Below are positions 37,177-48,295 of a DNA stretch of 64,000 nucleotides, piece by piece; the stretch's first letter is position 1, and each line of letters starts with the position of its first letter. Source of the stretch: Fonticula-like sp. SCN 57-25 (lineage: Eukaryota). The stretch lies in contig MEDX01000003.1 of assembly GCA_001724245.1 (NCBI GenBank), forward strand, positions 1 through 64,000, written 5' to 3'. Made by a program: the position numbers and the translations under genes. Under the pieces are notes generated by a model. The model ran no database searches. It had not been told where the DNA came from and worked only from the letters and a program-made list of their open reading frames with translations.

Positions 37177-38111
37177 ATGTCAGCAAGGAGGCGGCTACCC
37201 GTCGTGATCACGGTACGCTGGGCTGTTTTCCTGCTCATTTCGCTCATGTTGCCTGTAAATAGGGATGCGACACTGGCTTTGGCCGCATGCTTGTTGAGCG
37301 CCTCATCTCTGAAGGGTGGCCGGTCTGGGCTCTGTGCCTCATGCAGTCATCGGCCGATGAGCTTGCTCGTCTGGGCGCTTCCGTCGCGGCGGTGCTGGAC
37401 GTGACCGATCACGCGGCGATCCTTGCAATAGCCGCCCGCTGCTCTCGCGAGTGCCCCGACGGCATTCATGCGCTTGTTAACAATGCGGGCGTAGGCTGCG
37501 GCGCCCATCTCGAGTGGGCGTCCGCCCCTGCCATCATGGCCACCGTAAACGTTAATCTGGTCGGCCTGATCTTTATGACGCAGGCGTTCCTTCCTCTCCT
37601 TCGCCTCAGCGGCCGCGGTCGCCTTGTCAACGTGTCGAGTATGCTTGGGCGCATAGGCGTGCCCGGCCTGGCCGTGTACTGCGCTACCAAGCACGGCGTC
37701 GAAGGGTTCTCCGATGCCGTGCGCCAGGAGATGAAGCCATTTGGCGTCACCGTGAGCATCATTGAGCCGGGCTTTATGCAGACGCCCATTGTCCACGACG
37801 CCTACGAGCGGCTCGTGGAGGCGTACAAGGGCGCTCCGGCGCACATACGGGAGGCGTACGGCGACCTGTACGTCGCGTCGCTCAGAGAGCAGGTGATCAC
37901 GGCGACGGTCGACAACGCGGGCGACCCAATAGACGTGCTCAACGCGATGATGCACGCGGTCACGGCCGCGTCGCCAAGGGCAAGGTACGCCATCGGGACA
38001 GACATGATGATGGCGCGCATCGCAAGCATGATGCCGGCACAGGTGAGCGACTGGCTGCAGGGGATAGGAAAGTCAACAGTGATCCCGAGCGGAGCAAAGC
38101 CTCGACTGTAG
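37177..38111 (+). CDS. Short-chain dehydrogenase, SDR9C (RDH/HSD17B6/BDH1-like)
   Basis: VVIT|GCDTGFG, LVNNAGV, FLPLLR..GRLVNVSS, YCATK, FSDAVRQEM..FGVTVSIIEPG, AYG..Y and PRARY motifs. Confidence 0.9.
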
Positions 38112-38277
38112 GCACACCACGCTTGTATCACATATTTTGTACACTACTTGGCGTTTTTCTTGGATAATTGTGTTAAATTAAGCAAAAGCCATTGTTTTTT
38201 ACTATACTAGACTATGTGCATGTCTTGTTGACCATAGATTAGAATCTTTGCATATATATATCTGCCCCTCAAGTAAC

Positions 38278-39342
38278 ATGACGGCGAGGCGGGCGATGTC
38301 GGCCAGCGCCTTTTTGGCGCTCGCCGTGCTCGCCGCGGCGCTTTTATTAAACCTACCTTCAGACGGAGACCACACCAAGCTGAGGATATCTCGCTTCTCC
38401 TATGTGGGCGTGCAGGCTCTGAGCGAGGGATCGGCGGCTGATGTCGCGGTTCTACTGGACGCTGTCGAGCGCCCGTTGGATGCGGCGGTGCCCGAGCACA
38501 TTGAGCGGATGGGTCGGCTGTTGAGCGGTCACCCGAGCGCGCTGCGCTGGCTGCTTGGCCCCGTCCAGTACGACGCGCTCACAATCAAGTCTCCCGTCTA
38601 CGAGGACCTTGGCACCGGCATGTTTCACGTCAGCGTGCGGGAGGCGGCCGGCGACCAGTGCCGCGCCGCGTTCCCCGCCGCGCTCCTGCTCCAGGGCGTC
38701 GATCCTGCCCGCCTTTGGCCCGCCTCTTTGTCGAGCGCCGCGCCGCTTCCTTTTGATTCTGTCCTGCGCGAGTGGCCCGGCGAGATCCGCGCCGCGTCGA
38801 CGGATCCCGCTGTTGTCCTCGCCGCCCGCGACGAGATCGAGCCGAGCCCGGCGGGTGTGAGCGTCGTCGTCGCAGTCTCGGACCTTTCCGCCTCCCGCGC
38901 GTTCTACGAAGGCGGCCTCGGTCTTCGCGTGCACCACGTGGACGCGTCGCGGGTGTGGTTCCGCCTCGGGTCGGGCGGCGACTGGCTCATCTTGGACGCG
39001 AGCCCGCGTGGCAGCGGCTGCGTGGCCGCCGGCGCATTGGGGATGGAGCTCAGTTGCGACCAGCGGGCCCCCATCGACTGCGTGACCGAGTACGCCGTGT
39101 CACACTTGGGGTCGCGCCCGTGGCTGGCGCGGGTGCTGGGCGCGCGCGCCGGGGCCGTTGTGGGCGCATTTTTGAACCGGGTGGCCGGCCGCTGGGTGAC
39201 GCCGGCGACCGCCGCGTTCGGGCCCGTGCTGCAAGGCCCCGAGGGGAGCAGAATGCCGGGCAGGGAGGCGATCGTCGCCACCGTTGACCCCGATGGTAAC
39301 ATCGTGCAGATCACGGCGGGGGGCTGGGTCAACACCGCCTAG
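38278..39342 (+). CDS. Secreted or membrane-anchored VOC (glyoxalase-like) domain protein
   Basis: Intronless; signal-like N-terminus; VAVSDLSASRAFYEGGLGL and DPDGNIVQI VOC motifs. Confidence 0.7.
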   Translation: MTARRAMSASAFLALAVLAAALLLNLPSDGDHTKLRISRFSYVGVQALSEGSAADVAVLLDAVERPLDAAVPEHIERMGRLLSGHPSALRWLLGPVQYDALTIKSPVYEDLGTGMFHVSVREAAGDQCRAAFPAALLLQGVDPARLWPASLSSAAPLPFDSVLREWPGEIRAASTDPAVVLAARDEIEPSPAGVSVVVAVSDLSASRAFYEGGLGLRVHHVDASRVWFRLGSGGDWLILDASPRGSGCVAAGALGMELSCDQRAPIDCVTEYAVSHLGSRPWLARVLGARAGAVVGAFLNRVAGRWVTPATAAFGPVLQGPEGSRMPGREAIVATVDPDGNIVQITAGGWVNTA

Positions 39343-39603
39343 CGGGGAACAAGCCGCATCATGTACACTAGTCTCACGGCAAGAATCAACTGAAAATAAC
39401 TATCGTATTTGTATTGAGTCATTAGAACTGCGCGCTACTACATAGGATTAATGAAGCACAGGAAGAAGAAAATATGATGATGACAAGGGAAAGCGGGATA
39501 TCGGTGGGTGAATGATTGACAGCCGCATTACAATATAACTGAAGAAGAAACTTTGCACTGCCGCACTGCGGCTGCATTCAGACAAAAAAGGTTTTCACTA
39601 GAA

Positions 39604-42600
39604 CTAAGAGCGCTTGCCCTTCCTTTCGGCGAGCATTGCCTTGAGCACCTCCTCGTCCTCGATCTCATCGTCATCGTCGGCGATGCCGTCGATGGCGATG
39701 CGCGCGAGGTACGTCTCGCGCTCGATGGCGACGCGGACGGGCCCGGGAACGTCGGGGATCATGAAAGCGATGAGCAGCTTGAGGCCGATCACGACGTGCT
39801 CAAAGACGAGGACGATGACGAGGCGGCCGGCGAGGAGGAACGCGTCCTCCTCGTCGTTGGTGAGCGAGGGCGGCACGTGCATGATGCCGCGCAGCATCTC
39901 CTTGACCCACGCGGACGAGAAGGCGACGATGAAGCTGTTGGTGATGACGCACATGATGCCGAGGCTCTCGAGGATGACGTACCAGGTGCCAATGTCCTCG
40001 GCGATGAGCGCCGGCGGGCGCTGGTACTTTGTGAGGCGCTTGTAAGAGTCGGTACGGATCTCGACAATGTTGTTGAGGAGCGCAAAGAAAGGGCCCAGCG
40101 GGAAGGCCACGACGAACAGCGTGATGAAGCCAAACTGGAGCGCCATCTCGTTGTAGTCGTCAAAGAGGAGGCCCGTGATGGGCGACAGGTTCTCGTCCTT
40201 GACCCACTGCGGCACGCGGCTAAAGTCGTCGCGCGGGTCCGTCGGCAGGTCCGAGCTGTACAGCGCCTTGGCGCGCTCGGCGTACTTGACCGCCATGGCA
40301 TCCTTGTTGCGCGCCTCGGAGGTGCTCTTGAGGTAGTTGATGACGTACGGCACGACGACCTCGGTGACCTGGTTCAGCAGCTGCTTGCCGACAAAGATAA
40401 TCGCAAGCTGGATCATGAGCTCGGTGAAGCACGAGCCAAAGTCGCATTCGTCGCGGAGGGACGGCACGCCAAAGATGTTGCGGGCGACCGTGCCCTTGAA
40501 GAAGGCAATGTAAAAGAGCGACGTGTACGAGTTGAGGAACTGGAAGAAGAAGGTCTTGACGATGAGCGCGTCCTGGTACTCGGTCTCGGTCTTGTGGTTC
40601 TCCCAGTCGTTCAGGTACTTTGCAACGTACTGGAAGAGCTCGTTGAGCACGACGATGGCAAACAAGTTGATGATGGCGGCCGTGATCGTGGAGACGTAGT
40701 AGGGGTCGGTCCAGTAGCACGTCTCGCGGTAGGGGTCGCCGGGGAGCGCGTAGTTGTCATAGTAGCTGAGCGAGCACTGGCTGCGGGTCAAAAAGCTGGT
40801 GCAGGCGGGCTGGCACCAGCCGTCGGCGTCGGTGCCGATCCAGGCGCACGAGGTGACATCGGAATCCGGCTCGGTCGGCGTGTACTGCAGCGGCGCGCCG
40901 TTGCATGCGGCCGACGTCATAAAGGTAAAGCAGGGGTCATTGCAGTCGACGTGAGGGATCGGCGTGCTCGTCTTGTTGGCACACGTGGCTCCATAGTTGT
41001 CGCCGCCAACAATGTCGCACTCGCCAAAGTAGTTGAGAGCCCACACGCGGTAAGTGAGGGCGCCGGCAACCGAGCCCAGCACGATGAGAATGGCAAGCGC
41101 GATGCAGGTGCACGAAGTGGCCATCTTGGCGTAGCGAATGGACGAGGGGTAGTGGAACTCGACGCGGCCCGTGACGGGCGAGATGCGCGTCTTGGTACCG
41201 TACCAGTCAGGGCGGTTGTCCTCCATCTCCTCATAGTCGAGCACGTCCCAGCGCCAGCCGAGGTACGCCTGCTTGCGCTTCCACATTTCGAGGTAAACAG
41301 TGGCCCAAATCGCAATGAAAGCACCAAACGGAATCGTCAGCGCGTTGTCAAACACGCGCGACACGCCGGTAACCATCGATGCGGTAAAGTTGTCAATGTC
41401 AAACGAATTTACGATGCCGTAGATGAAGACGATCACGCCTACCAGCGAGGCAGACCAGAGCCACGTCGTGTAGAAGCCGAGGAACGCAAAATAAAGAGCG
41501 ATACGCTCGCCGAAATACTCGCGAATGTCGTCGAGCGGCTGCGCCTTGAAGAGCGCCGAGGAGGAGCCCCACGTCTTGGCGAGGCGCGCACGCGAGTCGC
41601 GGTCGGCATTGCGGTGCTTGCTGCTGCCGTCGTGCAGGGGAAAGAACTTGTCGTAGATGCCCTGCGACACCATGCGGGTGATACCAATGGACCGATCCGC
41701 CTTGCAGTGCGGGTTGTCGATGCGATGCACTTCCGTGACCGAGAGGAAGGTGTGGGTGACGATTTGGTACGTGATGTACGAACGGTGGGCCTTTGTGAAG
41801 AACAGGCGCTTCACGCGACCGAGAGGCTCGTTGCCGGCAACAGGTTCGCGATCCTCGCCACCGCGGAATTCGGCCAGCTTGTTCACGCGCAGCGGAGCGC
41901 TAGGCTCGGGGACGGCAGCCTCGGCGAAGCCAATCAGGGCCATGAACTTGTTGTACCACTCGTTGTGCGGCGGCGCCACGTCCAGCGGCTTGTTCAGAGG
42001 AAGGTTCATGTTCAGGGCCTCTGCCTTGCGCAAAAGGACACTGAACGGCACAATGATCTTGACAAAGACAGAGCGGCTAAAGATGTCACTGTCGTGCTCG
42101 AGGATCAGGCCGCGCTTGAGCAGCTTGCGTTCCCAGCAGGCGCGAACACTCGTCAAATTATTTTCCGACTCTTCAAACTTGATAACATAGTCCACCGAGC
42201 GCGAGCGGTACACGACCTTGACAATGGCATCGCCGCGCTCTTCGCCGGCTTCAACGGGGGTGAGTGGGCAAAGTCAACGTGATCAAAATCTAGCGTACAA
42301 AACTCCTCCATGGCGTCATAGTAGCTCGTTTGGCTGTCCTTGTTGCGGTTGCGATACGCCTTCACCTTGTTGAACAGTTCGCGATCAGCCTGGTCCCGCA
42401 AGTAGATCACGGTGTCGCCCACGCGCTCGAGGACCGTGTCGGGGTACAGGCCCACAACTTCGTCGGCCACTTCCTGCACGCACGCATTAGGACCATCGGC
42501 ATGAATTCAGCTCAAAAATCGTACAAAGCAGAATGGCCGATGGTTGATCAGCGACGAGGTCGACTTGCCCTGTTCAATGTCGACCATCGCGATCTGGCTC

Positions 42601-42614
42601 TCAGGCTGCGCCAT
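39604..42614 (-). CDS. Anoctamin/TMEM16 channel-scramblase
   Basis: FFPLHDG, QPLDDIREYFGERIALYFAFLGFYT, WENHKTETEY, FQFLNSY, YNEMALQFGF, NNIVEIRTD and EDIGTW motifs; two 5' introns. Confidence 0.95.
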
Positions 42615-42772
42615 GGCGGTAGCAGCGGCAGGGCAGGGTTTACCCGGAACCCCGAGCCGAATCTGACCCGAGAATTGACCCAGGACTGCTGAAACGCATG
42701 CGACTTCTGATTTTCACACACTTTTCTGATTTTGGCTGATTTCATCGATTTCTCAAGGGGCAATGCCTCATC

Positions 42773-42869
42773 ATTCTGGAAAGTTCCATCAGAAAAAAAA
42801 CAAGATCCAAGTGAACATAATCTTGCGTACAGTTGGCTCTTTCTTCCATTGCGTTCGATGTGTATATAA
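42773..42869 (+). promoter_or_regulatory. Heat-shock element and TATA box of HSP90
   Basis: aTTCtgGAAagTTCc at 42773-42787 is a perfect 3-unit nGAAn inverted array; TATATAA at 42863-42869. Confidence 0.8.
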
Positions 42870-42956
42870 CCATGCTGTCACCGAGGAAAAGAGTTCGCAC
42901 TTTTCTTTTGCGCTACCAAACATCTTGCGGTGAGCAGTGGGCAGGAACCAAAAGCC

Positions 42957-44193
42957 ATGGCGGACAATGTCGAGACTTTTGCCTTCCAGGCTGAGATTAG
43001 CCAGCTGATGAGTCTTATCATCAACACGTTCTACTCGAACAAGGATATTTTCCTTCGCGAGCTGATCAGTAACGCGTCGGATGCCCTGGACAAGATCCGC
43101 TACGAGAGCCTGACGGATCCGTCCAAGCTCGACTCCCACAAGGACCTCGAGATCACCATTGTCCCCAACAAGGAGGCCAAGACCCTCACCATCCGCGACT
43201 CTGGTATTGGTATGACCAAGGCTGACCTCGTCAACAACCTCGGTACCATCGCCAAGTCCGGCACCAAGGCGTTCATGGAGGCCCTCCAGACCGGCGCTGA
43301 CATTAGCATGATTGGTCAGTTTGGTGTTGGTTTCTACTCGGCCTACCTCGTTGCCGACAACGTTGTTGTCACCTCCAAGCACAACGACGACGAGCAGTAC
43401 GTCTGGGAGTCGAGCGCCGGCGGCAAGTTCACCGTTCGCCACGACCCCACCAACTCGCTCGGCCGCGGTACCGCGATCACCCTCCACCTTAAGGAGGACC
43501 AGCTCGACTACCTCGACGAGAAGCGCATCAAGGACATTGTCAAGAAGCACTCCGAGTTCATCGGCTACCCGATCAAGCTTATGGTGACCAAGGAGGTCAG
43601 CAAGGAGGTCGAGGACGACGCCGAGGAGGCTGAGGAGAAGAAGGAGGAGGCCAAGATCGAGGAGGTTAACGAGGACGAGGAGGAGGAGAAGAAGAAGAAG
43701 AAGACCGTCACCGAGACCACCACCGAGCTTGAGGAGCTTAACAAGACCAAGCCCATCTGGACCCGCAACCCTGACGATATTTCGCAGGAGGAGTACGGCG
43801 CGTTCTACAAGTCGCTCTCGAACGACTGGGAGGACCACCTCTCGGTCAAGCACTTCTCGGTCGAGGGTCAGCTTGAGTTCCGCGCCATCCTCTTCGTTCC
43901 CCGTCGTGCTCCCTTCGACATGTTCGAGAGCAAGAAGAAGCGCAACAACATCAAGCTCTATGTCCGCCGCGTCTTCATTATGGACGACTGCGAGGACCTG
44001 ATCCCCGAGTGGCTCGGCTTCATCAAGGGTATTGTTGACTCTGAGGATCTCCCGCTCAACATTTCCCGCGAGATGCTCCAGCAGAACAAGATCCTCAAGG
44101 TCATCAAGAAGAACATTGTCAAGAAGGCCGTCGAGATGTTCTTTGAGATTGCTGAGGACAAGGAGAACTTTAAGAAGTTCTACGAGGCGTTCG

Positions 44194-44226
<33 letters not shown>

Positions 44227-45053
44227 CCCAGAACCGCAACAAGCTCGCCGAGCTCCTCCGCTTCTACTCGACCAAGTCGGGCGACGAGATGACCTCGCTC
44301 AAGGACTACATCACCCGCATGCCGGAGGCCCAGAAGGACATCTACTACATCACCGGCGAGAGCCGCGCTGCCGTTGAGCACTCCCCCTTCCTCGAGCGCC
44401 TCTCCAAGAAGGGCTTTGAGGTCCTCTACATGGTTGACCCCATCGACGAGTACAGCACCCAGCAGCTCAAGGAGTTTGACGGCAAGAAGCTCGTCTGCGT
44501 CACCAAGGAGAACCTCGAGCTCCCCGAGACTGACGAGGAGAAGGCTCTCTTTGAGCAGCAGCAGAAGGACCTTGAGGAGCTGTGCAAGCACGTCAAGGAC
44601 ATCCTCGGCGACAAGGTCGAGAAGGTCGTTGTCAGCAACCACGTTGTCAGCTCCCCGTGCTGCCTCGTCACCGGCCAGTTCGGCTGGTCCGCCAACATGG
44701 AGCGCATCATGAAGGCCCAGGCCCTCCGTGATTCGAGCATGTCGTCGTACATGTCGAGCAAGAAGACGCTCGAGATCAACCCCGATCACCCGATCATCAA
44801 GACGCTCAACGCCAAGTTCCTTGCCGACAAGAACGACAAGACCGTCCGCGATCTCACCAGCCTCCTCTTCGAGACCTCGCTCCTCTCGAGCGGCTTCTCC
44901 CTCGATGACCCCAACGTGTTTGCTTCCCGCATCCACCGCATGATCAAGCTTGGCCTCTCCATCGATGAGACCGAGGAGACCGAGTCGTCCGGCCCCACGG
45001 ACCTGCCCGACCTCGAGCCCGTCGAGTCGAGCAAGATGGAGGAGGTTGATTAA
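42957..45053 (+). CDS. HSP90: Cytosolic Hsp90
   Basis: Intronless; [42 protein letters not shown]; ends MEEVD. Confidence 0.99.
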
Positions 45054-45314
45054 ACCCCCAACAGGCAACGCTGCAAGGATAACATGCGAAAAAAAGTTCA
45101 TTTTATGTAATCAGCTTGTAAGAAATATATAAACTTTCGAACGAACCTTGACAACCAAGCCCAACAGAAGCCAATGCACAGACTTTACAGCAGCTCCAGC
45201 CAGGTGCGGGGAATGACCCATCGGTTTGCCATGTCATCAAATGGTTGTGATTGGCTGGCGAGCGACGTTTGACCCCGTGAGAAGACCACGTTGTTTGGTC
45301 ACTTTCTCTTCGTC

Positions 45315-46850
45315 ATGGAGGACGCCAGGGAGATCAAGAAGAAGCGCGTGGCAGCGCTGCTGCTTGCCATTGGCATGCTTGCGACTGGTGTGCATATACC
45401 GACGTACCCTTTTTTTTTTCTTACTCTTTCTTTTTACGTTTTCAGGCACCTTGAACACGTTGTTTCTGAAGTTCCAAGGTCTGCGGACTTTTTACTGCCC
45501 GCCCGACCAGGACTGCCAGGTCTGCGACGCGCTGCAGGGCACCGACTGCTACGAAGCGTACTGCACCCCGGTTGAAGGCGAACTTCCTGAATATTGCATC
45601 CCCTTTTCGCAGCCCGTGTACCAAACCTTTATCATGTTTCTTGGTGAGCTTTTGTGCCTCGTCGCCTTTTACGTCCTGCTTGCGTACCGCAAGTACGCCG
45701 CGGCCAAGCAGAACGAGAAGCTTGTTGATACCTCGACGCTTGTTGGGTTCGTTGCACTTTGGCGCCCTTTCCCGCCGCATTGACTTTCTTTGCGTTTCCA
45801 GCAAGTACCGCTTTCTCCTCTGGATCCCGACCATGTGCGATCTCACGGCCACCACGCTCATGAACGCCGGTCTTCTCCTGACGACCACCTCTGTGTACCA
45901 GATGCTTCGTGGCGCCGTCAGTGCGTCTCTCATTTTCCTTCTTTTGTTGTGCTTAACCGGTCGCTTTCCGCGCTCCTTTGCAGTTGTGTTCACCGGCATC
46001 ATGTCCGTCCTGTTCCTGAAGCGCAAGCAGTACGCGTACCACTGGGTCGGCATGTTCATTGTCGTGGCGGGTATCACGCTCGTCGGTCTGACGAGCTCGT
46101 TCGGCTGGGGCCTTTCGGAGGATGCGACGCCCCCGGCCGGCAGCGGCGGCGACGACGACGTCCTCGGCGCCGTCCTCGTCATCTGCGCGCAGATCTTCAC
46201 CGCCACTCAGTTTGTGTTTGAGGAGAAGATTCTCGGCCGCTTTGACGCTCCCCCGATGCTCGCCATCGGTCTCGAGGGCTTCTTTGGCGTCGGCACCCTT
46301 GCCGTCCTTATGCCCATCCTGCAGGCCGCCGCGTCGTCCGTCACCGGCGACATGTTTGACGTTGCTTTCGCGTTCGGCCTCTTCATCAGCAACGCCGCCA
46401 TTGCAGTATCGTCCCTCGGATGCATCTTTTCGATCGCCTTTTTCAACTTTTTCGGCCTCTCAATTACCAAGGGTGCGCTTCCGCTGCTTTTGATGCCCCC
46501 GACTAACGCCCGCGCAGTCATGTCGGCCACCAGCCGCTCGACCATCGACGCCATGCGCACGCTGCTCGTCTGGATGTTTTCGCTTGCGTTCGGCTGGGAG
46601 CTGTACGCGCCGACGGCCCTCTTTTGTGCGCAAACTAACTCTTGCGCTTTTTAGGTTCCAATGGCCGCAGGTGATTGGCTTTGCCGTCCTTGTCTTTGGT
46701 ACGTTCATGTACAACGAGGTGTTCCGCGTGCCGATCAAGTCGCTGTACCCGGAGGCGACCCTCGTGGACGACGAGCGCCGCAACGAGACGAGCCCGCTTC
46801 TCGCTGAGTCGGGAACCACCACCGCCGTCAACGGCGACACCTACTACTAG
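45315..46850 (+). CDS. SLC35F6: SLC35F6-like DMT/nucleotide-sugar transporter family protein
   Basis: QPVYQTFIMFLGELLC, PTMCDLTATTLMNAGL, SVYQMLRGA, QFVFEEK, AFFNFFGLSIT and SATSRSTIDAMRT motifs; C-terminal ETSPLL dileucine signal. Confidence 0.88.
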
Positions 46851-47141
46851 ACTGAACAGACTGGATACAGTAATGCAGTGAATTTCATTCTCAGGTGCCT
46901 TTTTTGCGGATGGTTTGCCAAGATACAGATACATCTTGGCGAATCTTTTTTTTTCGATTTGCGTGATGCTCGCTGCGCATGTCGTAATCAAAACATAATA
47001 GAAAACAAGGACGTTCTCAATGGCGCATCGTCGGTTTCACTGTTTGCAATTAATAATTTCTGCAAAATTCAGCACACACACTCACACAAACTAGTATACA
47101 ATGTATAAACAACCTAGAATCCAATAAGGCTTCGTGTCCGG

Positions 47142-47823
47142 CTAGTGCCCGAGGAGCGCAGCTACGCGATCGACGATGTCGGCTGGCTCGGCCATTGCGC
47201 CCAAGCCGACGTCGCCGCACATGAGTGCCTTTGAGATTGGCTCGAGCACGCGGATGTGCGGCTGCTGCGATGTCACGGCCGACAGGTGCGCCGCTGTCAG
47301 GGGGTTGGTCCACATGTGCGTATTCATTGCCGGGCACACGAGGATGGGCCGCGCGGGATCCCACGCGCGCACCACGCACGTCAGCAGGTTGTCGGACAGC
47401 CCGCACGCTAGCTTGGCGAGCGTGTTGGCGTCAAGAGGGGCGATGACGAGCACATCGGCCCACCGACGAAGCTCAATGTGCAGCACGGGATCGCCCCGCT
47501 TCTGCCACATCTAGGAGGCACGCGTCAGAGATGCCCTCAAACATGCCACTATCGCACGGTCCACTCGTCGGCGTCCGTGTGTATCTGCACATCCGACGGC
47601 AGCTCGGATGCGTCGAAAAAGTGGCGCGCATGTTCTGTCGCCACCACCTGAACTTTGACCTGCGCGCGCATTGGTAAGCCACCCCCGAATCATTCATTCA
47701 GCACGGTCGCACATTGTCCTGCTTCAAGAGGCCTTCGACAATGGCGCGCAGCTTGATTGTGGCCACGCTGCCAGTCACCCCCACCAGCACGTGCCGCTCC
47801 TTCCGCGGTGTGTCGTCGGCCAT
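47142..47823 (-). CDS. PPCDC: Phosphopantothenoylcysteine decarboxylase (HFCD flavoprotein)
   Basis: GVTGSVATIK, LHIELRRWAD, APLDANTLAK, PAMNTHMW and LMCGDVGLGAM motifs. Confidence 0.95.
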
Positions 47824-48295
47824 CGCCAATTTCGGCTGGCCCCCTTGCCGCTCGTTTCGCAGGCCTCGACCGGCTTGACGCTGTCACGTTATGGTGGTCT
47901 ACGGGCGCCAGATCGTCTCACTGTCAACTCTCGCCAAAGACGAAACTGCACATGGCTCATCTTCATCCGACGATTAGCGGGAGACGATTCGTGAAACATT
48001 TTCCTGCCCGTTGAGTGTCTGTGCCCCCCCGGCGCGGCAACGAATCCAGCAAAAGGAAAGGGTCGCGTCGCTTTTGTGGCGCGTTGAGGGGGTGCGTGGC
48101 GCGAGCAACTGTCCCGGGCACGTTGTGTGGCCACTTTCCCTCTTTGTGCCGAAAAGGGCACGTTTTTGGCGGGAGGCCACAGGAGAACGGGCGAGGCGGC
48201 TGCGAGCGTAGCGTCGCAATCGGTCGCTGGTTGACGCACACGAGGCGGTAATTTATAAAAGCGAGCGACGCAGCGGGCACCGCCGTATCGCCGCC

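Noticed and set aside
38100..38111. SDR C-terminal PRL as a peroxisomal PTS1
   Set aside because: Only a weak PTS1 variant with no supporting evidence.
39553..42282. 909-aa plus-strand ORF
   Set aside because: Antisense shadow of the anoctamin CDS.
42789..45101. 770-aa minus-strand ORF opposite HSP90
   Set aside because: Antisense open frame typical of strongly codon-biased genes; no credible start or motifs.
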